From an uncultured Poribacteria bacterium (GTDB lineage Bacteria; Poribacteria; WGA-4E; WGA-3G): 64,000 bases of DNA. Both the position numbers and the translations under genes were made by a program. The notes below the pieces were generated by a model, which worked only from the letters and a program-made list of their open reading frames with translations, was not told the origin of the DNA and did not search any database. This document shows, one piece after another, positions 9,434 to 18,812 of this stretch (within the stretch, counting starts at the first letter, position 1; the number at the start of each line of letters is the position of its first letter). Where the stretch lies: contig CATQHZ020000001.1 in NCBI GenBank assembly GCA_958296135.2, positions 3,200,001-3,264,000 of the forward strand, in the 5' to 3' direction.

Positions 9434-9770
9434 TCAGGTTGTCATGCGGGCGGCGAGGATGTTTCGGAAGCCGTTCGCGACGATGTGGCCGTATGCCTCC
9501 GGCACATCAATGCCGAACACCGTGCCAATCTCCATGCGGAAATCGCCATCGTCGACATTCAGCACGAGCAAGCCGTTTTCGACTACGGTGCAGCGTGATG
9601 ACACAGCCGCGTCTTTATAGCCGTTGAAGTTTGCTAGTTCGTCCGCGTCGACATCGAGTGCTGTGCTGATTAACCCGGTGATGTCGCTTGCGATGACTTC
9701 TAGTGCTTCATCGATGTCGGCGATAGTTTCGCTGGTGCCGAAGTAGTTCTGCAGGCCGCGGTTGAGCCAG
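9434..9770 (-). pseudogene. headless coding-like fragment of unknown protein
   Basis: Protein-like acidic sequence in the distal part of the 193-aa ORF; no convincing start codon. Confidence 0.3.
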
Positions 9771-9944
9771 CTCTCCTTTTCTCCTGAGACCGGCGTGCAA
9801 CGAAAATAGCCCGCGACGCGAAGAACGCGTGCGGGGGTGAGAGCAGTATACCGACATTTGTCGGCACTGCCATGTTTTGTAATACTTAACAGTTTATAGG
9901 GGGGGGGTAAATCCGGACTTGTTGTCAAGACAGTTGGGAACGTG

Positions 9945-10123
9945 TGATGGAGCGACGAGGGGGCCAGGCGCGCACCAAGCGTGCCGCGTGCTGCGGACGG
10001 TGACTTTTTTTGCAATGAGATTGAGATTTCGCTGGTTCACTGTTCGCTGTCCCTATGCTATCAGTTTTGCGGATTGCGGTCCGTCGTGATTGTCTTCTCA
10101 AGCGCGCTACATCGCCCCTACCA
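9945..10123 (-). ncRNA. candidate rod-shaped ncRNA, 6S RNA-like
   Basis: Consensus promoter directly upstream; nested pairings GGGGCGATG/CGTCGCTCC, GCGCGC/GCGCGC, GACGG/CCGTC, GCAAT/ATTGC; ~180 nt. Confidence 0.45.
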
Positions 10124-10137
10124 CTGCCTTTGCGACA

Positions 10138-10167
10138 ATTATACCCGAAAAATGCAATGAATGTCAA
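10138..10167 (-). promoter_or_regulatory. sigma70-type promoter
   Basis: TTGACA-18 bp-TATAAT on the minus strand. Confidence 0.7.
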
Positions 10168-10291
10168 ACATTTTTCAGTCTGTAGTTCGGGTTCGGGCGG
10201 GCCCGAACAGTGTGCATCTCTGCAGGTTATGGCTGTAGGGAAGACATCGTTGACTGAACGGTGCCCCAAAACGGTTATCACAGGGCTCTCC

Positions 10292-10343
10292 GTAGGGCGA
10301 GGGGCACCCTCGGCGATTCGCGCTCGCCGGGCCCTCGCCCTAC
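10292..10343. repeat. REP-like palindrome
   Basis: GTAGGGCGAGGG...CCCTCGCCCTAC; related copies at ~31851-31922 and ~44624. Confidence 0.75.
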
Positions 10344-10424
10344 GCACCGGGGGCTCGGTGCAGTGGCGATAACTCTATGAGATACTAGGATAACCTGCCC
10401 TAATCTAGCAGTGTGCATTTTGAC

Positions 10425-10453
10425 TTGCATTCCGCTTGATTTTGTGGTATAAT
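10425..10453 (+). promoter_or_regulatory. sigma70-type promoter upstream of tnpB
   Basis: TTGCAT-17 bp-TATAAT with extended TG. Confidence 0.7.
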
Positions 10454-10460
10454 ATAGTTA

Positions 10461-11818
10461 CCGTTGGGGGCGAGACTGCTAGGCGCGGCTTCCCGCCGTG
10501 TCTCTCGCCCCACCTATCTAGCAGAAGGTGACAACCAACTGGAACGGTGACTCTATGGCACTACGAGCCCAGAAGATAGCACTCAATCCAACTGAGGAAC
10601 AGGTCGAGGCATTTAACCGGCATGTGCAATTCGCACGCGCCGCCTATAATGCCGCGCATTCGGATTGGAACGCCGACCGCCGTAACTCTCTCTACGATTT
10701 GAAGAAAATCTTCAACTCACGGAAGCGCGAGGTGTTCCCCGAATTCGCCGCGTGTTCTCAAAACGTAGGCAAGAATGCTATCCACGCTTTCGGTGATGCT
10801 ATCGCCAGATACAAATCGGGACAGAATGGTGCGCCCAAACGGAAGACGCATAAGTCTGCCCCTGCGTTCCAGATTGATAATGGTGTCAATACTGTCAAAA
10901 TGACGGCGGACGGTAAACACGTCGTCCTCCCGATAATTGGACAGGTTAGGTTGCATGAAACCCCTCGATGGACAGGTGAAGTTCGCCGTGCTTTCGTCAA
11001 GCGAATCGCACATCGCTGGTATCTCAGCATCCTTGTCGAAGTTGATGTCCCTGAACTGCCTGACACGTCAGCACTGCCCCCTGCAGGTTGTGATGTCGGC
11101 ATCTCTGCCCTCGCCACGATGGACGATGGCACTGTCTACGAAAATCCGCGTGCCTTGCGCGTCAATGAACGCAAACTACGTCGCGCAAATAAGGCACTCG
11201 CCCGCAAGACGTTCCTGAGCCGCAACTGGTGGAAGGCGAAGGAACGCCTCGCCCGCCTGCATGCCCGTATCGCAAATGTGCGAACCGATGCGCATCATCA
11301 GGCAACACATCGCATTCTGAAAGGCATTTCAGCACTTGGGATTGAAAGCCTCACCGTCAAAGGTTTGATGAAAAATCGCAAGCTTAGCAAGGCACTCGCT
11401 GACGCAAGCCTCGGTGGTTTTCTCGTCAAACTTAAATACAAAGCGGTGCGCCGGGGTATCCGTATTGTGTCAGCAGATAAGTTCTGGCCGTCAACACAAC
11501 GATGCAGTTCCTGTGGCTACGTCAAACGTGGCGAATTCAAACTGACGCTCAAGGACAGAGAATACCACTGCGGTATCTGCGGATTGGTAGAGGACAGAGA
11601 CGTTAACGCCGCTATAAACCTTCGACAACTCGCCTCAAGCACTGAGGAGAGCCAAAACGCCTGTGGAGATGCTGTAACACCTACCCTGGTAGGCTGGCAT
11701 CAGAACCCGCTTGTGCGCGGAAGAAGCAGGAAACCGCTGACCGAACAGAGACTCGTAGACTTTGCACATGGCAGATAAGTCTACATTTGACGAGATGCTC
11801 ATAGGTTATGTAGTGCGG
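10461..11818 (+). mobile_element. TnpB-only IS200/IS605/IS607-superfamily element (ends approximate)
   Basis: 5' hairpin TGGGGGCGAGA/TCTCGCCCCA, tnpB, 3' GCCTGTGGAG...AAGCAGGAA...TAGGTTATGTAGTGCGG omega-RNA-like tail; no tnpA. Confidence 0.6.
10555..11778 (+). CDS. tnpB: RNA-guided endonuclease TnpB
   Basis: GCDVG, GIESL and DRDVNAA RuvC triad; CSSC/CGIC zinc finger; N-terminal HTH. Confidence 0.95.
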   Translation: MALRAQKIALNPTEEQVEAFNRHVQFARAAYNAAHSDWNADRRNSLYDLKKIFNSRKREVFPEFAACSQNVGKNAIHAFGDAIARYKSGQNGAPKRKTHKSAPAFQIDNGVNTVKMTADGKHVVLPIIGQVRLHETPRWTGEVRRAFVKRIAHRWYLSILVEVDVPELPDTSALPPAGCDVGISALATMDDGTVYENPRALRVNERKLRRANKALARKTFLSRNWWKAKERLARLHARIANVRTDAHHQATHRILKGISALGIESLTVKGLMKNRKLSKALADASLGGFLVKLKYKAVRRGIRIVSADKFWPSTQRCSSCGYVKRGEFKLTLKDREYHCGICGLVEDRDVNAAINLRQLASSTEESQNACGDAVTPTLVGWHQNPLVRGRSRKPLTEQRLVDFAHGR

Positions 11819-13708
11819 CTAAAATAGGAATCGATACATCGGCTTGTCAAGCACGACAGCCAAGAGACTCCAGAATGACCCGATTGCAAATTCACCGAGT
11901 ACAATGCCGAGGAAGAACGGAATCGCCTTCCGATGCAGACGGATGCCGCCGTATTTTAGCACTAACCATTTGAGCAGCCATCCGACAAAAATCGAGCCTA
12001 CCATCGGGTTAATTGCCCAACTGCCGGAGATGGCGTAGCCGACTGGGTGCAAATTCCACCACAAAAAGCGCATCCGCATGGCGGCGAGGAGGAGCGTCAA
12101 TCCGAAGCCGAACGTTGCGAAGCCTATCGCGGGCACATCCGGTGGTGCGGCATAAGTTAACCACGTCTCCAACCGATTAAAAGATTCTCTGCCGAACCCG
12201 GAGAAACCTCCCTCCGCGTAATACATAGAGAGATATGCCCAGAACGAACCCAGCGCGCCTAGCGCGGATGCGAGCATCATGAGTATCGCGAACCGTCGAA
12301 TTGGAATGTTCGCGCCCTCTGCCAATTTGAAACCCTCTAATTGATGCGGCATCGCGTGCGAACGGTGCGCGCGATTGAGGCCGTAAAGATAGGCGAATCC
12401 GGTCAGGTTTACAGCACCGAGCCTACGGATGCCGAACAGCCGCGGCAACATCTCATCAGGCCCGATGAAGTGCAAATCATGCACGGGTGAACCGAGTTCC
12501 GCGCGGAGGCGTGTAATCGCCATCGCAATCGCAAACCAAACGGCGAAATAGAGCACGATAACCCAAAACGTCATCCCCATCTTCAGGCAGAATCCGACGA
12601 TGAACGTTGCCGCGCCGAGCAGTGCTATCAACGTGGCTCGGTGCGAAACCGGTTCGTCTGGACGCGGCGATACGATTTGGCGCGCCACCTGCTTCAGGTA
12701 ACGCCGACTCATCCAGATAGCTAAGACACAAAGTCCCAGATATGCGCCGTGCGACTGCTCCGCTTCATAAGGGAATCTCGGTAGCCCGCGCCAGCCGGCG
12801 ATGACTCCCAGGAGCCGTTCTGCGCGCCAGATGAGCCAAAATGCCCAGCACGAGAAGGAGAGATCGAGTGGGATAAAGAATGAAAGCCCGACACCGAATG
12901 GGAAAACGCCAAGCGGGCTCCACCCGATACCGCTCCAGGGACGCTCCGTGAAAATCTGCCGCAGATCATACAGTTTTCCGCCGAGGCTCGGCACAACTGG
13001 GAAGAGAAAGTTGAGCCCGTTGATAATGTCTATCGTGATGCCGATAGTCAGGCCTACCCACATCCACGGCGAACGGAAGAATCTGCCGCCGGGCGCGGTC
13101 ATCTCAAACGGCAGTTGGATGATGGGGTAGCTGAGCCGTTCTGATTCAACCCACTGCTTCCGAAAAATCAGGCTGAGGCAGAGCATCACGAGGTGGACAG
13201 CGACGATGAAGAGCGTCCACCAAAAGATGGGGGCTAGCCATGCGGTGAAGTGCGGCTGTTCATAAATGCTTGAGAACCCGCGGTAGTATCCCTCGAGTGC
13301 GTGTCTATCGCTGACAACCAGCCATTGCGGGATGTGCAGATGAAATAGGTTGAGCCAGTCGTTTTCCGGTGTGGCGAACCAGTGTGCATGCCCGATGATA
13401 GGCATTAGCACCAGAAATCTGTCCACGCCTGCGAGCCCGGCACCTACTGAAATGCAGGTATAGATTACCAGCAATTCTGCGCGGTTGAGCATGAACGCGT
13501 GGTGGAGTTTGCGGAGCAGCAACCCGATTCCCAGTAAAATCAAAATTGTGATAACGGCGTTGTAAAAGAGGGATACCTGCGTTGGGCTCCCGCCGCCACG
13601 AATGATAGACGCGGACACCCACCAGCAGTTTAGCGGCACGAGCACACAGATAAGAAAAATCGCAAAGGGCCGAATTCGGAGGCTTTCTCTTTGAACCTTA
13701 TTCACCAT
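11819..13708 (-). CDS. polytopic membrane protein, DUF6785/DUF6784-like putative transporter
   Basis: About 15 TM segments; RKQWVESERLSYP, RLRAELG, WWNLHPVGY motifs. Confidence 0.75.
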   Translation of the reverse strand: MVNKVQRESLRIRPFAIFLICVLVPLNCWWVSASIIRGGGSPTQVSLFYNAVITILILLGIGLLLRKLHHAFMLNRAELLVIYTCISVGAGLAGVDRFLVLMPIIGHAHWFATPENDWLNLFHLHIPQWLVVSDRHALEGYYRGFSSIYEQPHFTAWLAPIFWWTLFIVAVHLVMLCLSLIFRKQWVESERLSYPIIQLPFEMTAPGGRFFRSPWMWVGLTIGITIDIINGLNFLFPVVPSLGGKLYDLRQIFTERPWSGIGWSPLGVFPFGVGLSFFIPLDLSFSCWAFWLIWRAERLLGVIAGWRGLPRFPYEAEQSHGAYLGLCVLAIWMSRRYLKQVARQIVSPRPDEPVSHRATLIALLGAATFIVGFCLKMGMTFWVIVLYFAVWFAIAMAITRLRAELGSPVHDLHFIGPDEMLPRLFGIRRLGAVNLTGFAYLYGLNRAHRSHAMPHQLEGFKLAEGANIPIRRFAILMMLASALGALGSFWAYLSMYYAEGGFSGFGRESFNRLETWLTYAAPPDVPAIGFATFGFGLTLLLAAMRMRFLWWNLHPVGYAISGSWAINPMVGSIFVGWLLKWLVLKYGGIRLHRKAIPFFLGIVLGEFAIGSFWSLLAVVLDKPMYRFLF

Positions 13709-13773
13709 CTTTCCTCACAAAAGTAGTGTTATTATTCTATCACATTTCCAATTTTTGCGGCAAGGATTTTTTC

Positions 13774-13803
13774 TTGGCAAACGAGGTGAGGATTTGGTAT
13801 ACT
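13774..13803 (+). promoter_or_regulatory. sigma70-type promoter
   Basis: TTGGCA-18 bp-TATACT with TG. Confidence 0.5.
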
Positions 13804-13857
13804 ATTTATAGGTAACGCAAATTCTACATTTTTACGCATTGCGGAGGTGCGCAAACA

Positions 13858-14427
13858 ATGAATCTACTAGAATTGAACCAATTCGCGCAAGAAGGGATCC
13901 TCCCCGAAAACGTCACGATGACGTTGGAGGAATTCCTCGCAAACGACGTAGAAGGATACGAATACGTTAATGGAGAATTAATACCCAGGCCCGGGACATC
14001 ACTAGAACACGGTTCGATCGGGGCGAATGTTTTTCGGTACTTAGACCGGTATGTCTACGAGAAGCAGCTTGGCAAAGTGTATTTCTCGGAAACGGGCTTC
14101 CAAGTCAACGAGCGTGTGCTCAAACCGGATATCGCTTTTCTTTCCACCGAGCGAATTCCCGAAGACCAGCGCAAGGCATCCCCTGTTCCACCAGACCTGG
14201 CGATTGAGGTAGTGTCCCCGTCAGACGCGTGGGATCGCGTTGAAGAAAAGGCGTTTGCCTATCTGGCAGCTGGCACACGAATGGTATGGGTTTTCAAACC
14301 TATCTCACAGACTGTGACGGTGTATCGCTCCAGAACCGACATCAAGTTGCTGACTTGCAATGATACCCTTACCGGTGAGGATGCCGTTGAAGGGTTTTCC
14401 TGTCAGGTGGCACTGCTGTTTGAATAG
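13858..14427 (+). CDS. Uma2 (DUF820) family endonuclease-like protein
   Basis: YEYVNGEL, KPDIAF, PDLAIEVVSPSD; GGAGG RBS. Confidence 0.9.
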   Translation: MNLLELNQFAQEGILPENVTMTLEEFLANDVEGYEYVNGELIPRPGTSLEHGSIGANVFRYLDRYVYEKQLGKVYFSETGFQVNERVLKPDIAFLSTERIPEDQRKASPVPPDLAIEVVSPSDAWDRVEEKAFAYLAAGTRMVWVFKPISQTVTVYRSRTDIKLLTCNDTLTGEDAVEGFSCQVALLFE

Positions 14428-14490
14428 CAGGGGCCTTGTGTTCCCCTATCCAAGTCCCCGGCCCTTGAACTTGAGGAGCATTTCTAGGAA

Positions 14491-15354
14491 ATGGACAACA
14501 CGAAAGAACGGAAGGTTGCGAATCGGAAGGAAAAAGCGGCGCAGCGCGGTAAACACTATTACACCGATAATCACACCTTTCAGCGGAAAAATACGCCGTG
14601 CCCCGCGGAATTCACCGATAAAATCATCTGCGGCGATTCGCTCCAGGTGCTGAAAGCACTACCGGATAATTGCATCGATCTCGTCTTTACTTCGCCGCCC
14701 TACAACTTCGGCTTGGATTACAAGCAGACCGGGGATGCCTTTGCGTGGGAAGTCTACTTTGAGGAACTGTTCCGCATCTTTGATGAGTGCATCCGAACGC
14801 TGAAGTTTGGCGGCCGCATCGTCGTGAACGTGCAACCGCTGTTCTCGGATTATATTCCGACGCACCATATCGTTTCGCAGTTCTTTATGGACAGAAAACT
14901 CATCTGGAAAGGCGAAATTTTGTGGGAGAAAAACCACTACAATTGCAAGTATACCGCTTGGGGCAGCTGGAAAAGTCCGTCCAGTCCCTATCTCAAATAT
15001 ACGTGGGAGTTTTTGGAAATATTTTGCAAGGGGAGTCTGAAAAAGGCGGGCAGCCCTGCCGATGCAGACATTGACGCTGAGTCATTTAAAAAATGGGTAT
15101 CGGCGAAATGGACCATCGCGCCGGAGCGGCAGATGCACAAATTCGAGCATCCGGCGATGTTTCCGGAGGAATTAGCGTATCGGGTGCTGAAGTTGTTCAG
15201 TTTCAAAGGCGATGTAATTCTTGATCCCTTCGCTGGCGTGGGGACGACGTGTGTTGCGGCGCGTAAGACAGAGCGGCACTTCTTGGGGATAGACATTTCG
15301 CCGGATTATTGCCGAACCGCCGAGGCGCGATTGCATCAAATCTTACCTATGTAG
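14491..15354 (+). CDS. orphan N4-C/N6-A DNA methyltransferase (beta class)
   Basis: TSPPY, HPAMFP, DPFAGVGTT. Confidence 0.9.
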   Translation: MDNTKERKVANRKEKAAQRGKHYYTDNHTFQRKNTPCPAEFTDKIICGDSLQVLKALPDNCIDLVFTSPPYNFGLDYKQTGDAFAWEVYFEELFRIFDECIRTLKFGGRIVVNVQPLFSDYIPTHHIVSQFFMDRKLIWKGEILWEKNHYNCKYTAWGSWKSPSSPYLKYTWEFLEIFCKGSLKKAGSPADADIDAESFKKWVSAKWTIAPERQMHKFEHPAMFPEELAYRVLKLFSFKGDVILDPFAGVGTTCVAARKTERHFLGIDISPDYCRTAEARLHQILPM

Positions 15355-15639
15355 AGTTCCTTCGTAGGTAAAGATCGCCTGATCTTGCCCCCGTTGAGAG
15401 TGTCTAATCCCAATGAAATCCGACAGATCGGGATTAGGCGAGCCCCACCTACAGGCGGGGGGAGGCGGTGTGGATTTTCACTTTGAGCTCACCTTGCAAC
15501 GACATCTGGACATGCTTTTCAACTTGTTTCAATGAGAAAGGCGCGAGCCCCACGCGAGGCGGGGCTGTTGTGACGCAATAGAGACAAGTGCTATTGAAGG
15601 AGATAGTTCGCCGAACGTTCCTGACGAAGTTTCGGCAGT

Positions 15640-16029
15640 TTATCGACGTTCTTCCTCGTTCTGCTGCGCCATCTGGTTTTCCAGTTCGGTGTTGCGCGCT
15701 TCCAACTCCGCGTTGCGCTGTTCCAGGATACGGACTCTTGCAGCCTGGTTTTCCAGTTCGGTGTTGCGCGCTTCCAACTCCGCGTTGCGATTTCTTAACC
15801 GCTCACGCTCTTCGATTCTGAACAACATTTTTTGAACTCCCCACATAGTTAACGCGACGAGTAAAACGACTGCAACAGAGACAACTTGTGCTGCGCTGCC
15901 ATGTGCCTGCAGTGTTTTCACGACGACGGCATTCGGATAAAAATGTGCGTAGACGAGATAAACAATGAAGGCGAGCAAAGCAATGAGTGCCAGTCTGGGA
16001 CCTCCATTGTTTTCTAGGTGTCGCACCAT
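15640..16029 (-). CDS. small 2-TM protein with repeated coiled-coil tail (start uncertain)
   Basis: Two hydrophobic segments, then RNAELEARNTELENQ twice. Confidence 0.55.
   Translation of the reverse strand: MVRHLENNGGPRLALIALLAFIVYLVYAHFYPNAVVVKTLQAHGSAAQVVSVAVVLLVALTMWGVQKMLFRIEERERLRNRNAELEARNTELENQAARVRILEQRNAELEARNTELENQMAQQNEEERR
15673..15789. repeat. 45-bp exact direct repeat, 72-bp period
   Basis: 15673-15717 is identical to 15745-15789. Confidence 0.9.
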
Positions 16030-16359
16030 ACTTCTCAAACTTTCTACTTTTCTGCGGATTTGCCACGAACGGCTCCTTTTTGGATTCGTGGTTGGATACC
16101 GACTCACGAGAGCAGTGACGCACCGCGCAAGGACATGCGCAATGAAACTCTTATCCAACAAGTTAACAAGTATGATACCATATTTGTGGGATTTTGTCAC
16201 GTCCAATTTATTGCTGCATTTCTGTGCTGATGACAAAGCGGACAAAATGAATAATTTTAACTTGATTTTTTCATCGGTATGTGGTAAATTTAACGTGTCG
16301 GAATTAACGCGAGTCGCACGGTATGTTTACGCATGCAAACCCTTTAGGAGATAACTCAC

Positions 16360-16578
16360 ATGAAACTGAAACCTGATAAAAAGCGGCTTGAAGAAATTCA
16401 GGACGTTTATCGCACGTTAGGACTGGATTCTGAAGAGTTCCGGAAGTACCTCGTTTCTCTAGCAGCTCCATCTCTAGAGCCGCCTCGCTCCGTGGTTTAC
16501 ATAGAGTGTGGAGGCACATCTGAACTTCAAGGAGAATTTAAGAATGCCGGACTGGAATCAAATCCTCGACGAGATTAA
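16360..16578 (+). CDS. small hypothetical protein (72 aa)
   Basis: AGGAG RBS; TTGATT-17-TAAATT promoter-like sequence at 16262-16290. Confidence 0.6.
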   Translation: MKLKPDKKRLEEIQDVYRTLGLDSEEFRKYLVSLAAPSLEPPRSVVYIECGGTSELQGEFKNAGLESNPRRD

Positions 16579-16585
16579 CAAAAAT
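16544..16585 (+). pseudogene. possible 5' remnant of an SDH/ClpP-fold serine protease gene
   Basis: AAGGAG RBS then MPDWNQILDEINK, resembling N-termini I recall for that family; the frame then becomes a shadow of the next gene. Confidence 0.35.
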
Positions 16586-16586
16586 C

Positions 16587-18134
16587 ATGCGAATTCCCAG
16601 AAAAAAGCTCATTACTATCACCCTCATCGCGCTCATCGGAGTTGTCATCTTGCTAGCCGTCATCTATCAACACACCGCGCTGTGGAAACCGGAACAAAGC
16701 CTTATCACGCTCCTCCCAGAAGCACCAATCTGTTATCTTACCTTGAAAGACCTGGGTTCCTTCGTCAAGACGTTCACCCGTAGCGAGTTTGGAAAACAGA
16801 CAGCAGCAATGCCGCTCCTCGCCGATATTCAGGCGCAACGCTGGTGGAAAGAGCTCGTCTATCAGAAAGCACTCTGGGAACACGAGATGGGCGGCAAACT
16901 TGATTTGGCAGCCGTCAAGGCTTATTTCGGCGAGGAGACTCTCCTCGCGCTTTACGAACGGGACGATGAGCTCTCGTTCCTGCTCATCAGCGTCGTCGGT
17001 GGCGCAGAGAAATTAAGCCTTGAGGCACTTACCGCTACCGATGCAATTAATCCGCAATATGAACGCATCCAGACGGAGCATAACGGCCTTACAATTAACA
17101 CGATTACCGGTTACCCGCGCGATTTCAGTTATACGTTCATCGGCAAAGTCGGGGTGCTGAGTCTCAGCTATCCGTTGTTAACGGAGACGCTTGACATATA
17201 CGCGGGGAGAAAGGCTGGTTTTCTCGCGCGCCCTCCGATGCAGGCTAACTACGAAAGCGACAAAAGCACGGGATATGTAGATGTGCCGCGACTTGCAACT
17301 ACGCTGAAAGATACGGTGCCGCAGTTGCGCGGTGTTGTTGAACTGATTTCGTCGCTGCTTGGGAATGCTGCATCCTGGTCCTTCGGCAATCGGTATGAAG
17401 ATAGTGTGGTTATTTCGCGGCATTTGATGCGGCATCGCACCCGGGCGGGCGCGCCTACCGAAGAGAATCGCGACCGGGGGGGCGCGCCTACCGGGTTGCC
17501 GGAACGAACGGCGTTTGCCGCTGTTTTGTCTATGCCGCGCCAGATGAAAGAGCTCTTGCCCAACAGCGGGCTGTCTCGGCATCTCACGGTGGGGTTCGTC
17601 GCGCCACAGCCGGAGGAGGTGTCCGTAGTGCCATCGATAGTTTTGCTGATGAAGGGCAGCGAATTGGAAACCGATTTGGAACGCCTCAAGGCGCGAGAGA
17701 TTTCCATTGCCGGCAAACCGCTTGAATTCCTCGCGCCGCAGGATTATCACGGCAGTGTCATCCATCCTTTCCAGTTGCGCTTCAATTTTCTGCTGGCACT
17801 CACCGGCGGGTATGCGGTTGTCAACGATTCGCTTGTCTTCAGCACGACGCTGCCCGGTTTAAAATCGGTAATTGATACCGTATCCGAGAATGCACCGGCG
17901 TTGGATGTCGGTGAGGTGCAGACGTTCATCCAACCATCGCTGCTCGTGCCAGAGATAAAACGATTTTTGCCGTTGGTAACGCTGCTCACTTCAGGACAGC
18001 TTGTGGATGCGGCGTTGATAGAGCAGGTTAAGGAGAATCTGTTTCCGCTTGCATCGCTCGGCCCCGTTTCTGTGAAAATTGAGGCACAGGCGGAAGGAAC
18101 GGAGGCGGAGATTCGGGTGGTTTTGGAGAAGTGA
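16587..18134 (+). CDS. membrane-anchored hypothetical protein (DUF3352-like)
   Basis: 515 aa, N-terminal TM; internal REP-derived peptide. Confidence 0.7.
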   Translation: MRIPRKKLITITLIALIGVVILLAVIYQHTALWKPEQSLITLLPEAPICYLTLKDLGSFVKTFTRSEFGKQTAAMPLLADIQAQRWWKELVYQKALWEHEMGGKLDLAAVKAYFGEETLLALYERDDELSFLLISVVGGAEKLSLEALTATDAINPQYERIQTEHNGLTINTITGYPRDFSYTFIGKVGVLSLSYPLLTETLDIYAGRKAGFLARPPMQANYESDKSTGYVDVPRLATTLKDTVPQLRGVVELISSLLGNAASWSFGNRYEDSVVISRHLMRHRTRAGAPTEENRDRGGAPTGLPERTAFAAVLSMPRQMKELLPNSGLSRHLTVGFVAPQPEEVSVVPSIVLLMKGSELETDLERLKAREISIAGKPLEFLAPQDYHGSVIHPFQLRFNFLLALTGGYAVVNDSLVFSTTLPGLKSVIDTVSENAPALDVGEVQTFIQPSLLVPEIKRFLPLVTLLTSGQLVDAALIEQVKENLFPLASLGPVSVKIEAQAEGTEAEIRVVLEK

Positions 18135-18198
18135 TAACCACGTTGAGGCACAGGGGTTGGAGCGGTGTCGCGACCGGGTTTGCAACACGTTTGACAAC

Positions 18199-18294
18199 TG
18201 AGACTGGGAGGGCTCTCCTACAAGGAGGAAAGAATTGAGACCGGGAGGGCTCTCCTACATCAAGAGGGCATCGAGACCGGGAGGGCTCTCCTAC
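18199..18294. repeat. three copies of REP-like GAGACCGGGAGGGCTCTCCTAC
   Basis: Same motif also at 31039-31136, ~34232, ~35166, 43862-43914 and ~45995. Confidence 0.85.
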
Positions 18295-18409
18295 GGGCGG
18301 CGGATGCGCAGCGATGGCTCGCGCAGGCGCAACGGTTGGACCGCGCAAACCTCGCTTATCAACGCTGCATTGCTGTGTTGGAGCAGCTCCGCGCCGTACA
18401 TCGGGCCTT

Positions 18410-18672
18410 TTTCGTTTGGGTCTAGGGTTCGCGGGGGAAACCCTCGGCAGTTAGTGACTGCCGGGCCCCCGCGCTACGGTAGGGTGGCGTGTTTTCGTCG
18501 GGTGTTTTTCGTTTCGGCTGAGAGTTTGCGGGGGAAACCCTCGGCAGTTAGTGACTGCCGGGCCCCCGCGCTACGGTAGGGTGGCGTGTTTTCGTCGGGT
18601 GTTTTCGTTTGGGTCTAGGGTTCGCGGGGGAAACCCTCGGCAGTTAGTGACTGCCGGGCCCCCGCGCTACGT
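18410..18672. repeat. three tandem ~97-bp palindromic units (BIME-like)
   Basis: GCGGGGGAAACCCTCGGCAGTTAGTGACTGCCGGGCCCCCGCGCTACG at ~18431, ~18528 and ~18624. Confidence 0.9.
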
Positions 18673-18812
18673 TCAATGGGCGCGATTGGGCCAAGGGTGG
18701 TTTCGTTTGGGTGCTCGGTAATTGTCCAATGCACGAATTGGCTTGGCAAAATCCAAAAAATATGCTATCATGCAAGCAAATTCAGGATTGGGAAGATTGG
18801 ATAAGGATGCTT

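Noticed and set aside
9945-10118. tRNA-Ala or tmRNA, suggested by the GGGGCGA/TCGCTCCA stem
   Set aside because: No TTCGA T-loop, no CCA end, wrong length and no tag frame
9434-10347. 193-aa and 140-aa ORFs as full genes
   Set aside because: Upstream portions cross promoter, structured RNA and REP sequence
18410-18672. Possible CRISPR array (also 44441-45080 and 18199-18294)
   Set aside because: In the two long arrays the linkers are near-identical rather than unique spacers; in the short cluster they are only ~10-15 bp. The units recur as dispersed REPs, and there are no cas genes
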